From an uncultured Gemmatimonadales bacterium (GTDB lineage Bacteria; Gemmatimonadota; Gemmatimonadetes; Longimicrobiales; Longimicrobiaceae): 64,000 nucleotides of DNA. The DNA is taken from positions 8,000,001-8,064,000 of the forward strand of contig OY970303.1 in NCBI GenBank assembly GCA_963716255.1, given 5' to 3'. A program made the translations under genes and the position numbers. Positions 21,222-32,426 of this stretch are shown one piece after another. Within the stretch, counting starts at the first letter, position 1. Every line of letters begins with the position of its first letter. Under the pieces are notes generated by a model. It did not search any database, had not been told where the DNA came from, and saw nothing but the letters and a program-made list of their open reading frames with translations.

Positions 21222-21596
21222 ATGCGACGAACCCGCCTCCCCGCGCTCCTGCTGCTGCTCGCCGCCGCGTCCGCCTGCACGCGGCGGGCGAGCTACGACG
21301 ACCCCGGCCAGGCGATCGTCGCCCGCCCCGGCGCGGAGTTCGACCTGGCGCTCCGCTCCAACCAGAGCACGGGGTACCGCTGGGTGCTGGTGGATTCCGC
21401 CGCGCTCGGACCGCTGCGCCCCATCGGCTCCAGCTACCGCGTGACGGAGGGCAGCGGCAACGGCGCGGGCGGCACCGAGCGCTGGACCTTTCGCGCTGAG
21501 GGCCCGGGCGAGGGCGTCGTCGCGCTGGTGTACGTCCGCCCCTGGGAGGGCACGGCCCCGCGCGACACCACCCGCTTCCGGGCGGTCGTCCGCTGA
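21222..21596 (+). CDS. Chagasin family (I42) cysteine protease inhibitor lipoprotein
   Basis: Lipobox [22 protein letters not shown] loops. Confidence 0.85.
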   Translation: MRRTRLPALLLLLAAASACTRRASYDDPGQAIVARPGAEFDLALRSNQSTGYRWVLVDSAALGPLRPIGSSYRVTEGSGNGAGGTERWTFRAEGPGEGVVALVYVRPWEGTAPRDTTRFRAVVR

Positions 21597-21756
21597 CGCC
21601 CGCGCGAACGCTCCGCTTCCACCCCGCGCCGCCCCTCCCGCCGGCGGATGCCCCGCGCGTCCGCCGGCGTTATCTTGTCGCGCGGCACGATCCGGCGGGG
21701 GCGGCGGCGGTTTCGCGCGCCCGCACTTTCGCACTCACGCACCGTCTTTCTTCGAT

Positions 21757-23448
<1,692 letters not shown>

Positions 23449-23516
23449 GGCAGCCGCCCGCGGCGCGAGACCGGAAGCAGAGCGATCGGCGGCACATCCA
23501 CCCCCAGGACCGGCCG

Positions 23517-24698
23517 ATGTGGAAGCAATACCTGGCGTTCGTGCGGGAGGCGGAGAGGAAGCTCGACACCTCGATCGCCCTTTCGCAGGCGGAGATGGCG
23601 ACGCTGGCCCGCCTCGCGGATTGGGCCCGGTACGCCGCGCCCCAGAACCTCAATCGGCTGAACCGCATCCGCGAGCGCGCCACCGTGGTGGGAACCCGGC
23701 GGCGCATGGCGTACGTGGCGGTGTGGCACGTGAACACCGAGGTGGGGCGCGTCGCGGTGTGCGATCCCCGGCTCCGGACCATGAGCCTGGACGCCCGCCT
23801 GGAGGCGCTCGCCGGTGCGGTGCGAACGGCGCGCACGGCCATGGCGGAGCAGGCGGAGCGCGAGCACGAGGAGCGGCCCATCTACATCTTCGCAGCGCCG
23901 GAGTTCCTGTTCGTCCGCTCGCCCACCGAGCACCACCTCACCGAGGTCGAAAAGGAAAGGGTGCGGGCGCGCGTGCTGGTGATCTCCCGGGAGAACCGCG
24001 ACGTGGTCGTCATTCCGGGGACCGTCGCCTGGGTGAAGACGGCGGACCGTCCGCCGGAGCGACAGGTCAGCCGCCGCACGGGCCAGGCGAAGCCGGCACA
24101 GCGAGACCTGCGGAAGTACGCCCGGGAATACCGCCACAACCTCCCGGCGAAGGGTCCTTTTCCGCGGCTGGAGGAAGTGGGGCAGGACCGGTTCATGCGG
24201 GACCAGCTCGGCGAATTCGCCGACCGCCTGGCCGTCTCGGACCCCACCCTCAAGATCGCCCGCAACACCGCGTTCCTCGCGTACGACGGAACGATCCACA
24301 CCTACCACAAGAAGTTCGAAGCCATCGAGGACGGCCTTTCCATGGAGATCATGGGGCACGAGGACTGGCGGAACACCTTCTTCTCCCCGGGCACCCGCTC
24401 CTCGACGATCCTCCTGGACGGGATCCGCTTCGGCCTGGAGATCTGCGCCGACCACAACTTCGGCCTGCTGCGGGCCAGGGGAAGGACCACCCACGTGGAG
24501 GTCCTGTCCTCGTCGTACATCGGCGTCTTCGACGACCAGGTAGGCGTGGTCCCCGGCGGCCACCTGGTGCACGCGGACAGCAAGGCCTCGGGCATCTACC
24601 GCGAGCGCGCCGGCGCAATGGAGCCGGTGGAGACCGTGACGGACGACAACATTCCGCTCGGCGAGCTGATCTACGGCGGCTTTCCCATTTTCCACTAG
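23517..24698 (+). CDS. Divergent nitrilase/carbon-nitrogen hydrolase superfamily protein
   Basis: Putative triad: IFAAPEFLF (Glu), YHKKFE (Lys), GLEICADH (Cys). Confidence 0.65.
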   Translation: MWKQYLAFVREAERKLDTSIALSQAEMATLARLADWARYAAPQNLNRLNRIRERATVVGTRRRMAYVAVWHVNTEVGRVAVCDPRLRTMSLDARLEALAGAVRTARTAMAEQAEREHEERPIYIFAAPEFLFVRSPTEHHLTEVEKERVRARVLVISRENRDVVVIPGTVAWVKTADRPPERQVSRRTGQAKPAQRDLRKYAREYRHNLPAKGPFPRLEEVGQDRFMRDQLGEFADRLAVSDPTLKIARNTAFLAYDGTIHTYHKKFEAIEDGLSMEIMGHEDWRNTFFSPGTRSSTILLDGIRFGLEICADHNFGLLRARGRTTHVEVLSSSYIGVFDDQVGVVPGGHLVHADSKASGIYRERAGAMEPVETVTDDNIPLGELIYGGFPIFH

Positions 24699-24827
24699 AC
24701 GTGCTCCCCGGGCACACTCCGCAACCCGTCCGTTCCTCTCTGCGTAGTCCCCCGTGAGGCGTCCGCCGCGACGCCACCGGGGGATCGTCGTTGCCGGGCG
24801 GCACCATACACCGACCGACCGCGTGCC

Positions 24828-25892
24828 ATGTACTCCACCTGCATCTTCTGCCACTCGCCGCTGGGCGCCAACGAAGCCATCGAGGAGTTCCCGGTGGGCC
24901 GGCGGCTCGCCTTCGACGCGGCGAAGGGGCGGCTGTGGGCGGTGTGCGGGGCTTGCGGGCGCTGGAACCTGTCGCCGCTGGAAACGCGCTGGGAGGCGGT
25001 GGAGGCGTGCGAGCGCGCCTTCCGCGGCACGCGCGTGCGCGTCTCCACCGAGAACGTGGGGCTCGCCCGGCTGGCGGAGGGCACGGAGCTGGTGCGCATC
25101 GGCAGGCCGCTGCGGCCGGAGTTCGCGGCGTGGCGCTACGGCGACCAGCTCGGCCGGCGCGCGCGGCGGCGGTGGATGCTCGCCGCGGGGGCGGGGGGCG
25201 TCGGCGCGGCGGTGGTGGGGACGGCGCTGGTCGCCGGGCCGGTGCTGATCCTGGCGCTCCCCGTGCTGGCGGCGGCCGCGGCGGCGCTGGGCCGCAGGTC
25301 GCCCTCCGAGCCGCTGCTCGCGGGCACCTCCGGCGCGCAGCGCGCGCTTCGCGACCCCCACGGAGATCCGGTACTCCGGCCCGGGGAGATGATCACGGGT
25401 GCCCGGCTGCGCCCGGAGTGGCTGGGCGGCGCGCCCTGGTGGCTGGAGGTGAAGACGGGGTGGTGGGACCACGACGACGAGGCCGTCCTCCGGGAGCGGA
25501 AGCAGGCGCTGGCGGGCGACCCCGCGCTGCACGCGGTAGCGGTGCTGCTCGCGCGCGCCAACGCCACCGGCGGCTCGCGCCGCGAGGTGCAGGGCGCGGT
25601 GCGCCGCATCGAGCGCGCGGGCGACCCGGAGCGCTACTTCGCCACGGCGGAGGGCGAGGCGAGGAAGCAGGGGTGGGGCTACCAGGAGGTGTGGAACATG
25701 CCGCAGGAGATCCGCCTCGCGCTGGAGATGGCGGCCCACGAGGACGCCGAGCGCCGCGCGCTGGACGGGGAGCTGGCGGAGCTGGAGCGGCAGTGGCGCG
25801 CCGCCGAGGAGATCGCCGCCATCGCGGACCCGCTCGCGACGCCCCCCGCGGTCGAGGAAAAGCTCCAGCAGCTGCGCGGGGCCCGGCGGTAG
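24828..25892 (+). CDS. Hypothetical zinc-finger membrane protein, paralog A
   Basis: CIFC...CGAC, central hydrophobic segment; 354 aa. Confidence 0.8.
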   Translation: MYSTCIFCHSPLGANEAIEEFPVGRRLAFDAAKGRLWAVCGACGRWNLSPLETRWEAVEACERAFRGTRVRVSTENVGLARLAEGTELVRIGRPLRPEFAAWRYGDQLGRRARRRWMLAAGAGGVGAAVVGTALVAGPVLILALPVLAAAAAALGRRSPSEPLLAGTSGAQRALRDPHGDPVLRPGEMITGARLRPEWLGGAPWWLEVKTGWWDHDDEAVLRERKQALAGDPALHAVAVLLARANATGGSRREVQGAVRRIERAGDPERYFATAEGEARKQGWGYQEVWNMPQEIRLALEMAAHEDAERRALDGELAELERQWRAAEEIAAIADPLATPPAVEEKLQQLRGARR

Positions 25893-25938
25893 GCCGCGCC
25901 CCGCCGTCCAACCGCATCCCGACGCAACCCGGTGAGCC

Positions 25939-27003
25939 ATGTACTCCACCTGCATCTTCTGCCATTCGCCGCTGGGCGCCAACGGGGCCATCGAGGAGTT
26001 TCCCGTCGGCCGGCGGCTCGCGTTCGACGCGGCGAAGGGGCGGCTGTGGGCGGTGTGCCGCGCCTGCGGGCGCTGGAACCTGTCGCCGCTGGAAACGCGC
26101 TGGGAGGCGGTGGAAGCGTGCGAGCGCCGCTTCCGCGATACGCGCGTGCGGGTGTCCACGGAGAACGTGGGGCTCGCCAGGCTCCCCGAGGGGACGGAGC
26201 TGGTGCGCATCGGCACGCCGCTGCGGCCGGAGTTCGCGGCGTGGCGCTACGGCGACCAGTTCGGCACGCGCGCCCGCAGGATGTGGGTGCGGGGCATCGC
26301 CGCGGCCGGGGTGGGCGCGGTGGTGGCGGGCTCCGCCATGTTGGCGCTGCCCTCCCTGCTGCTGACGCTCCCCCCGCTCGTTGCCATGGCCGCCCTGAGG
26401 CGCGGAGCGCCGGGAGGCACGGGGCCCGGCCGCTCCGCCCGGGCGGAGCTCGCGCTGGTGGGGAACGACGGAGAACCGCTGGTCCGCGACGGCGAGGAAA
26501 AGATCATCAGCCTCCGCCTGCGGCCCGAGCCGCGCGAGGGCTCCGCGTGGTGGCTGGAGGTGAAGACCGGACGGTGGGACAACGAGGTCTCGTACTACGT
26601 GGACACGCGGAGGACGGCGCTGGTGGCATCCCCCGCCGTGCAGGCCGCCTCGCTGTTCCTGGCGCGCGCCAACGCGTGGGGCGGGCCCCGGCGCGACGTA
26701 CAAGCCGCCGTGCGGTGCATCGAGCGCGCGGGCGACCCGGAGCGGTACTTCGCGGCGGCGGAGATGGATGCCCGCAGGATGGGCTGGGGATACCAGGACG
26801 TGTGGAACATGCCGCAGGAGATCCGCTTCGCCCTGGAGATGGCCTCGCACGAGGACGCCGAGCGCCGCGCGATGGACGGGGAGCTGGCGGAGCTGGAGCG
26901 GCAGTGGCGCGCCGCCGAGGAGATCGCCGCCATCGCGGACTCGCTCGCGGTGCCGGCGGCGGTCGAGAAGCGGCTGCGTGAGCTGGGAGCCTCACGGCGG
27001 TAG
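25939..27003 (+). CDS. Hypothetical zinc-finger membrane protein, paralog B
   Basis: Tandem paralog of 24828-25892; 354 aa. Confidence 0.8.
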   Translation: MYSTCIFCHSPLGANGAIEEFPVGRRLAFDAAKGRLWAVCRACGRWNLSPLETRWEAVEACERRFRDTRVRVSTENVGLARLPEGTELVRIGTPLRPEFAAWRYGDQFGTRARRMWVRGIAAAGVGAVVAGSAMLALPSLLLTLPPLVAMAALRRGAPGGTGPGRSARAELALVGNDGEPLVRDGEEKIISLRLRPEPREGSAWWLEVKTGRWDNEVSYYVDTRRTALVASPAVQAASLFLARANAWGGPRRDVQAAVRCIERAGDPERYFAAAEMDARRMGWGYQDVWNMPQEIRFALEMASHEDAERRAMDGELAELERQWRAAEEIAAIADSLAVPAAVEKRLRELGASRR

Positions 27004-27058
27004 GAAGCGACGTTTGCTCACCCGCACACCGGACCTGCGGCCCCGGCAGCGAAAACCC

Positions 27059-27186
27059 GCGTGAGGGATTACGGCCCGAAGGGGCGAGACCCGGCGGCAG
27101 TTTGCCGGGGCTCGACTCCGTTAGCCCGCGTTGTTTGCGGGCTTACGGAGCCGAAGCCCGACCCCGGCGCAGCCGGGGGCACGCCC
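27059..27186 (-). repeat. ~130-nt structured repeat, copy 2
   Basis: Near-identical to the reverse complement of the copy at 47954-48082. Confidence 0.9.
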
Positions 27187-27336
27187 GAACCCGCCCTTGC
27201 AAGCAGTTCCAAAACCGCCACGAATCGCTCGATATTCACACCCGCCCGGCGTTGCCCCATGGCAGGCGCCGGGTTATTTTACGCGGGTTTGCCACCCCAT
27301 CGCAGCACCGAATCGAGACCGTAGCACACGCAAGGT

Positions 27337-27651
27337 ATGCCTACGTACGAATACCGCTGTCCGTCCTGCGGAAACGAGTTCGAGAAGTTCCAGCGCATGT
27401 CCGACGAGCCCGTGGCCGAGTGCCCGGGCTGCGGCGCCGGCGCCGAGCGCAGGCTGTCGGGGGGGGCCGGGCTGCTCTTCAAGGGCTCCGGCTTCTACAT
27501 CACCGACTACCGCAGCGACAGCTACAAGAAGGCCGCGTCGTCCGACGGGGGAGGCTCCTCGTCCGGCGGCGAGTCCAAGCCGTCGTCTTCCTCCTCCGAC
27601 AGCAAGCCGTCCGGCGGCTCCCCGGCCAAGTCCGGCGGCGCGGGCGAGTAG
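27337..27651 (+). CDS. FmdB family zinc-ribbon protein
   Basis: MPTYEYRCPSCG..CPGCG..FKGSGFYITDY. Confidence 0.92.
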   Translation: MPTYEYRCPSCGNEFEKFQRMSDEPVAECPGCGAGAERRLSGGAGLLFKGSGFYITDYRSDSYKKAASSDGGGSSSGGESKPSSSSSDSKPSGGSPAKSGGAGE

Positions 27652-29358
27652 ATGCCCACGGAGAAGCTGCGCCGCGAGATCTCGCGGGTGCTGTCCGGGA
27701 TGGGCGTGGAGGACGCCGCCGTGGGGCTGGACCGGCCCCGCAACCCCGACCACGGCGACTGGGCCAGCAACGTCGCCCTGACGCTGGCCAAGCCGCTCGG
27801 CCGCCCGCCGCGCCAGATCGCCGAGGAGATCGTCCGGCTGCTGGACCGCGACGCCGCCGGGGTGAGCGCGGTCGAGATCGCCGGCCCCGGCTTCATCAAC
27901 TTCCGCCTGTCGCAGGACTACCTGCACCGCGGCCTCGCCGGGATCGTCGCCCGCGGCGCCGACTTCGGCCGGTCGGAGGCGGGGCGGGGCCAGGCCGTCA
28001 ACGTGGAGTTCGTGTCCGCCAACCCCACCGGGCCGCTGCACATCGGCCACGGGCGGCAGGCCGCGCTCGGCGACGCCGTGGCCGAGCTGATGGCGTGGGC
28101 CGGGTGGAAGGTGCACCGCGAGTACTACTACAACGACGCCGGCGAGCAGATCATGCGGCTCGCCCGCAGCGTGTGGACGCGCTACCAGGAGCACCTGGGC
28201 GAGGCCGTGGAGTTCCCGGAGGACGGCTACCACGGGGGCTACGTGCGCGAGATCGCCGCGCGCATCGCCGACGAGCAGGGCGACCGCTTCCGCGGCGACG
28301 CCGGCGAGGAGGCGATGGACGCCATGCGGCAGTTCGCGGTGCGGACGCTGCGCGAGGAGCAGAACCGCGACCTGGCGGACTTCCGCGTGCGCTTCGACGA
28401 GTTCTTCCTGGAGTCGTCGCTGTACGCGTCCGGGCGCGTGGCAGAGACGATCCAGCGATTGCGCGCCACCGGGCTGGCGTACGAAAAGGACGGCGCGCTC
28501 TGGCTGCGGACCACGGAGTTCGGGGACGACAAGGACCGGGTGATGGTCAAGGGGACCGGCCACCCCACCTACTTCCTCCCCGACGTGGCCTACCACGTCA
28601 CCAAGTGGGAGCGCGGGTTCCACCGCGCCATCAACGTGCAGGGCGCCGACCACCACGGCACCGTGGCGCGCGTGCGCGCCGGGCTGCGGGCGCTGGGGCT
28701 CCCCGCCGGGTACCCGGAGTACGTGCTCCACCAGATGGTGCTGGTGATGCGCGGCGGGCAGGAGGTGAAGTTCTCCAAGCGGGCCGGCGACTATGTCACC
28801 CTGCGCGACCTGTACGACGAGGCCGGCGTGGACGTGACGCGCTACTTCTTCCTGATGCGCCGGCCGGAGTCGCAGCTCACCTTCGACCTGGACCTGGCGC
28901 TGGAGCAGTCGGACCGCAACCCGGTCTACAAGGTCCAGTACGCCCACGCCCGCATGTCCTCGATCTTCCGGCGCGCCGGAGTGGAAGCGTCTTCCGTGTC
29001 GGCGGAGGGGGCGGACCTCGCGCTCCTGTCGCACCCCACGGAGGCCGAGCTGGCCAAGCTCCTGCTGCGCTTCCCGGAAACGGTGGAGGCCGCGGCGGAG
29101 CAGCACGCGCCCCACGCCGTCACCGAGTACCTGGAGGAGGTGGCGGGCGCGGTCAACTCGTGGTACCACGCGGGGAACCGCGACCCGCAGCTGCGCGTGG
29201 TCGGCGTCCCCGCGGAGCTTTCGCGCGCGCGGCTGGTGCTTGCGCGGGCCATCCAGACCGTGCTCCGCAACGGCCTCGCCGTCCTGGGGATCGACGCCCC
29301 GGAGCGGATGGAGCGCGCCGAGGCGGAAGACCCGCAGGAATCCACCCTCGTTCCCTGA
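27652..29358 (+). CDS. argS: Arginine--tRNA ligase
   Basis: EFVSANPTGPLHIGH, GADHHG, FSKRAG, QYAHAR. Confidence 0.96.
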   Translation: MPTEKLRREISRVLSGMGVEDAAVGLDRPRNPDHGDWASNVALTLAKPLGRPPRQIAEEIVRLLDRDAAGVSAVEIAGPGFINFRLSQDYLHRGLAGIVARGADFGRSEAGRGQAVNVEFVSANPTGPLHIGHGRQAALGDAVAELMAWAGWKVHREYYYNDAGEQIMRLARSVWTRYQEHLGEAVEFPEDGYHGGYVREIAARIADEQGDRFRGDAGEEAMDAMRQFAVRTLREEQNRDLADFRVRFDEFFLESSLYASGRVAETIQRLRATGLAYEKDGALWLRTTEFGDDKDRVMVKGTGHPTYFLPDVAYHVTKWERGFHRAINVQGADHHGTVARVRAGLRALGLPAGYPEYVLHQMVLVMRGGQEVKFSKRAGDYVTLRDLYDEAGVDVTRYFFLMRRPESQLTFDLDLALEQSDRNPVYKVQYAHARMSSIFRRAGVEASSVSAEGADLALLSHPTEAELAKLLLRFPETVEAAAEQHAPHAVTEYLEEVAGAVNSWYHAGNRDPQLRVVGVPAELSRARLVLARAIQTVLRNGLAVLGIDAPERMERAEAEDPQESTLVP

Positions 29359-29370
29359 AACCGGTTTCCC

Positions 29371-30300
29371 ATGTCCCTTCTCGTGGTGGGCAGCGTGGCC
29401 CTCGACACCGTCGAGACGCCGTTCGGCCGCGCGGACGACGCCCTCGGCGGCTCCGCGACCTTCTTTTCCGCGGCGGCCTCGCTCTTCTGCCCGGTGCAGC
29501 TGGTGGGCGTGGTCGGCGACGACTACCCCACCGAGGCGCTGGGCTTCCTCGCCGACCGCGGGGTGGACCTGCGCGGGCTGGAGCGAGCCGCGGGGGAAAG
29601 CTTCCGCTGGTCCGGCGTGTACAGCTACGACCTGAACAGCCGCGAGACGCTGGAGACCCGGCTGGGCGTGTTCGCCGACTTCGCCCCCAAGATCCCCGAC
29701 GAGTTCCGCGACGCGGAGTGGGTGTTCCTGGGGAACATCGACCCGGAGCTGCAGCTGAACGTGCTGGACCAGGTGCGCAGCCCGCGGTTCGTGGCGTGCG
29801 ACACCATGAACCTGTGGATCGACATCAAGCGCGACCGGCTCCTTGACCTGCTCAAGCGGGTGGACCTGCTGTGCGTCAACGACGCCGAGGCGCGCCAGCT
29901 GGCCGGCGACCACAACCTGGCCCGCGCCGCCCGCTGGATCCAGTCGCAGGGGCCGCGCTACCTGATCATCAAGAAGGGCGAGCACGGGGCCATCCTCTTC
30001 ACCCCCAACTCCACCTTCTTCGCGCCGGGGTACCCGCTGGAGGAGGTGTTCGACCCCACCGGGGCGGGCGACTGCTTCGCGGGCGGCTTCATGGGGCACC
30101 TGGCGGCGGTGGGGCGCCACGAGGACGCGGACCTGCGGCGGGCGGTGATCTTCGGCTCGGTCATGGGCTCGTACGCCTGCGAGCGCTTTTCCGTGGAGCG
30201 CCTCAAGGACCTCGCGCTGGAAGAGGTGGAGGAGCGCGTGAGGCACTTCCGCGAGATGACCAGCTTCGAGATGCCGATGGAGGCGGGCGCCGGTGTCTGA
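29371..30300 (+). CDS. PfkB family carbohydrate/nucleoside kinase
   Basis: GGS, KKGEHG, DPTGAGDCFAGG. Confidence 0.9.
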   Translation: MSLLVVGSVALDTVETPFGRADDALGGSATFFSAAASLFCPVQLVGVVGDDYPTEALGFLADRGVDLRGLERAAGESFRWSGVYSYDLNSRETLETRLGVFADFAPKIPDEFRDAEWVFLGNIDPELQLNVLDQVRSPRFVACDTMNLWIDIKRDRLLDLLKRVDLLCVNDAEARQLAGDHNLARAARWIQSQGPRYLIIKKGEHGAILFTPNSTFFAPGYPLEEVFDPTGAGDCFAGGFMGHLAAVGRHEDADLRRAVIFGSVMGSYACERFSVERLKDLALEEVEERVRHFREMTSFEMPMEAGAGV

Positions 30301-31333
30301 AGGCGGCCTGTCGTACCGCGACGCCGGCGTCGACATCGACGCCGCGCACCGCGCCATGCGCGGCGTCGCGGAGCTGGTGCGCTCCACCGCCACCCCGGAC
30401 ACCCTGTCGGAGCTGGGCTCCTTCGGCGGGCTGTACCGCGTCCCCGGCGACGTCAAGCGGCCGGTGCTGGTGGCGAGCACGGACGGGGTGGGCACCAAGC
30501 TCAAGATCGCCTTCCTCGCGGGCCGGCACGGCACCGTGGGGGAGGACCTGGTCAACCACTGCGTCAACGACATCCTGGTGCAGGGCGCGCGGCCGCTCTT
30601 CTTTTTGGACTACGTGGGCGTGGGGCGGCTGGAGCCGGGGACGGTGGAGGCGGTGGTTGAGGGCGTCGCCCGCGGGTGCCGCGCCAACGGCTGCGCGCTG
30701 CTGGGCGGGGAAACGGCGGAGATGCCGGACTTCTACGCCGCCGGCGAGTACGACATCGCCGGGACCATCGTGGGCGTGGTGGAGGAGGACGGGGTGGTCG
30801 ACGGCTCCGGGATCCGCGCGGGCGACGCCATAGTGGCGCTCGGCTCCTCGGGGCTGCACACCAACGGCTACTCGCTCGCCCGGCGCATCGTCTTCGAGCG
30901 CATGGGCCTCGCGGTGGACTCGGAGTTCCCGGGCGAGGGGGGCCAGAGCGTCGCGGACGTGCTGCTGCGCGTGCACCGCTCGTACCTCCACCCGCTCCTC
31001 CCGCTCCTGGGGCGCGGCGAGGTGCGCGGCCTGGCGCACGTCACCGGCGGCGGCCTGACGGACAACGTGCCGCGCGTCCTCCCCGCGGGGCTGGACGCGC
31101 GCTTCGACACGTCGTCCTGGGAGATCCCCAACGTGTTCCGGGTCCTCCAGCGGGAGGGCGGGGTGGAGCGCGACGAGATGTTCCGCGCCTTCAACGTGGG
31201 CGTGGGGATGGTGGCGGTGGTCGCCCCGGAGCATGCGGACGCGGCGGTGCGCGAGCTGCGCGCGGCCGGGGAGGAGGCGTGGATCGCCGGGGAGATCGTC
31301 CCGGGCGAGGGAAGGACCGTTCTCGACGGATGA
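30293..31333 (+). CDS. purM: Phosphoribosylformylglycinamidine cyclo-ligase (AIR synthetase)
   Basis: YRDAGVD, TDGVGTK, GGETAEMP, SSGLHTNGYSL. Confidence 0.96.
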   Translation: MSEGGLSYRDAGVDIDAAHRAMRGVAELVRSTATPDTLSELGSFGGLYRVPGDVKRPVLVASTDGVGTKLKIAFLAGRHGTVGEDLVNHCVNDILVQGARPLFFLDYVGVGRLEPGTVEAVVEGVARGCRANGCALLGGETAEMPDFYAAGEYDIAGTIVGVVEEDGVVDGSGIRAGDAIVALGSSGLHTNGYSLARRIVFERMGLAVDSEFPGEGGQSVADVLLRVHRSYLHPLLPLLGRGEVRGLAHVTGGGLTDNVPRVLPAGLDARFDTSSWEIPNVFRVLQREGGVERDEMFRAFNVGVGMVAVVAPEHADAAVRELRAAGEEAWIAGEIVPGEGRTVLDG

Positions 31334-31341
31334 AGAGCGAC

Positions 31342-32421
31342 ATGACCAAGCGTATCGGCTGCGCCGCGGCGGCGCTGGCGCTCTCGGCGGCGCCCGCGCT
31401 CGCGCAGGGCGCCGGGGCGCCGTGCGCCCGGTTCTCGGACCCGTCCGCGAGCCAGACCTGCTACACGGTGGCGCAGGCGGTGGAGTCCGCGCAGCCGCGG
31501 CTGGGCATCGTGCTCACCGGCGGCAACCCCACGCTGGGGACGGCGAGCACCGGCGGCATCCGCCTGGGACTCCTCCCGCGGGTGAGCGCCACGGCGAAGG
31601 CGAACCTGGTGTTCGTGCGCCTGCCGGACATCCTGGCGTCGAGCGCCGGGAGCGCCGCGCAGACGCTCAACGACGCCGTGGGGATCCCGGTCCCCGCGCT
31701 CTCGGGCGCCGCCTCCGTCGGCGTGTCGCCGGGCCTCACGCTGGCGCCCACGATCGGCGGGGTGGGGGCGGTGGACCTGCTGGCGAGCGCCACCTGGATC
31801 CCGCTGGGGGGCTTCGACGTGGAGGGATTCTCGGACGACACCCCCGACTTCGCCTTCGGGGCGGGCGCGCGGGTGGGGTTGCTGCGCGAGTCGTTCACCG
31901 TGCCGGGGATCTCCGTGTCGGTGATGTACCACCGGCTGGGCACCGTTGCCTACGGCGACGTGTGCGACCAGCCGCAGCCGGGCGCCGTCGCGCAGCCGGG
32001 CGACGGCTACACCGTGTCCGCGGGCGTCTGCGGCAACGGCGACGGCGACCCCGGCGAGCTCCGGGTGGACCTGTCCAGCTGGAGCACCCGCGCCGCGGTC
32101 AGCAAGCGGCTCCTGGGGCTGGGGCTCGCCGCGGGCGTGGGCTACGACCGCTTCGCCAGCGACGCGGCCTTCGGCTTCCGCACCCGCTGCCCGGACGCCG
32201 GTGCGGGCGACTGCTACGCGCGCTTCTCCGGCCTGGAGCTGGACAACGGCCGCTGGTCCGGCTTCGTGGACGGCTCCTTCTCGCTGCTGATGGCCACCTT
32301 CGCCGCCGAGCTGGGGTGGCTCCAGGGGGAAGGCGCCATCGATGGCTTCCCCTCGGCGAGCGACTTCGACCCGGGGAGCGGGACCTTCTTCGGGAGCCTC
32401 GGCTTCCGCATCGCGCTGTAG
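31342..32421 (+). CDS. Secreted / outer-membrane hypothetical protein
   Basis: Signal peptide; amphipathic beta-strands ending FGSLGFRIAL; paired Cys. Confidence 0.7.
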   Translation: MTKRIGCAAAALALSAAPALAQGAGAPCARFSDPSASQTCYTVAQAVESAQPRLGIVLTGGNPTLGTASTGGIRLGLLPRVSATAKANLVFVRLPDILASSAGSAAQTLNDAVGIPVPALSGAASVGVSPGLTLAPTIGGVGAVDLLASATWIPLGGFDVEGFSDDTPDFAFGAGARVGLLRESFTVPGISVSVMYHRLGTVAYGDVCDQPQPGAVAQPGDGYTVSAGVCGNGDGDPGELRVDLSSWSTRAAVSKRLLGLGLAAGVGYDRFASDAAFGFRTRCPDAGAGDCYARFSGLELDNGRWSGFVDGSFSLLMATFAAELGWLQGEGAIDGFPSASDFDPGSGTFFGSLGFRIAL

Positions 32422-32426
32422 GCGGG

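Noticed and set aside
24828..27003. Diversity-generating retroelement (TR/VR) explanation for the paralogs
   Set aside because: Both copies are full ORFs, differences are not adenine-specific and no reverse transcriptase is present
27061..27324. ORFs running through repeat copies (RDFGPKGRD-like peptides; also 38038-38343, 47934-48320, 18826-19074)
   Set aside because: Translations of the non-coding structured repeat; frames and lengths differ between copies
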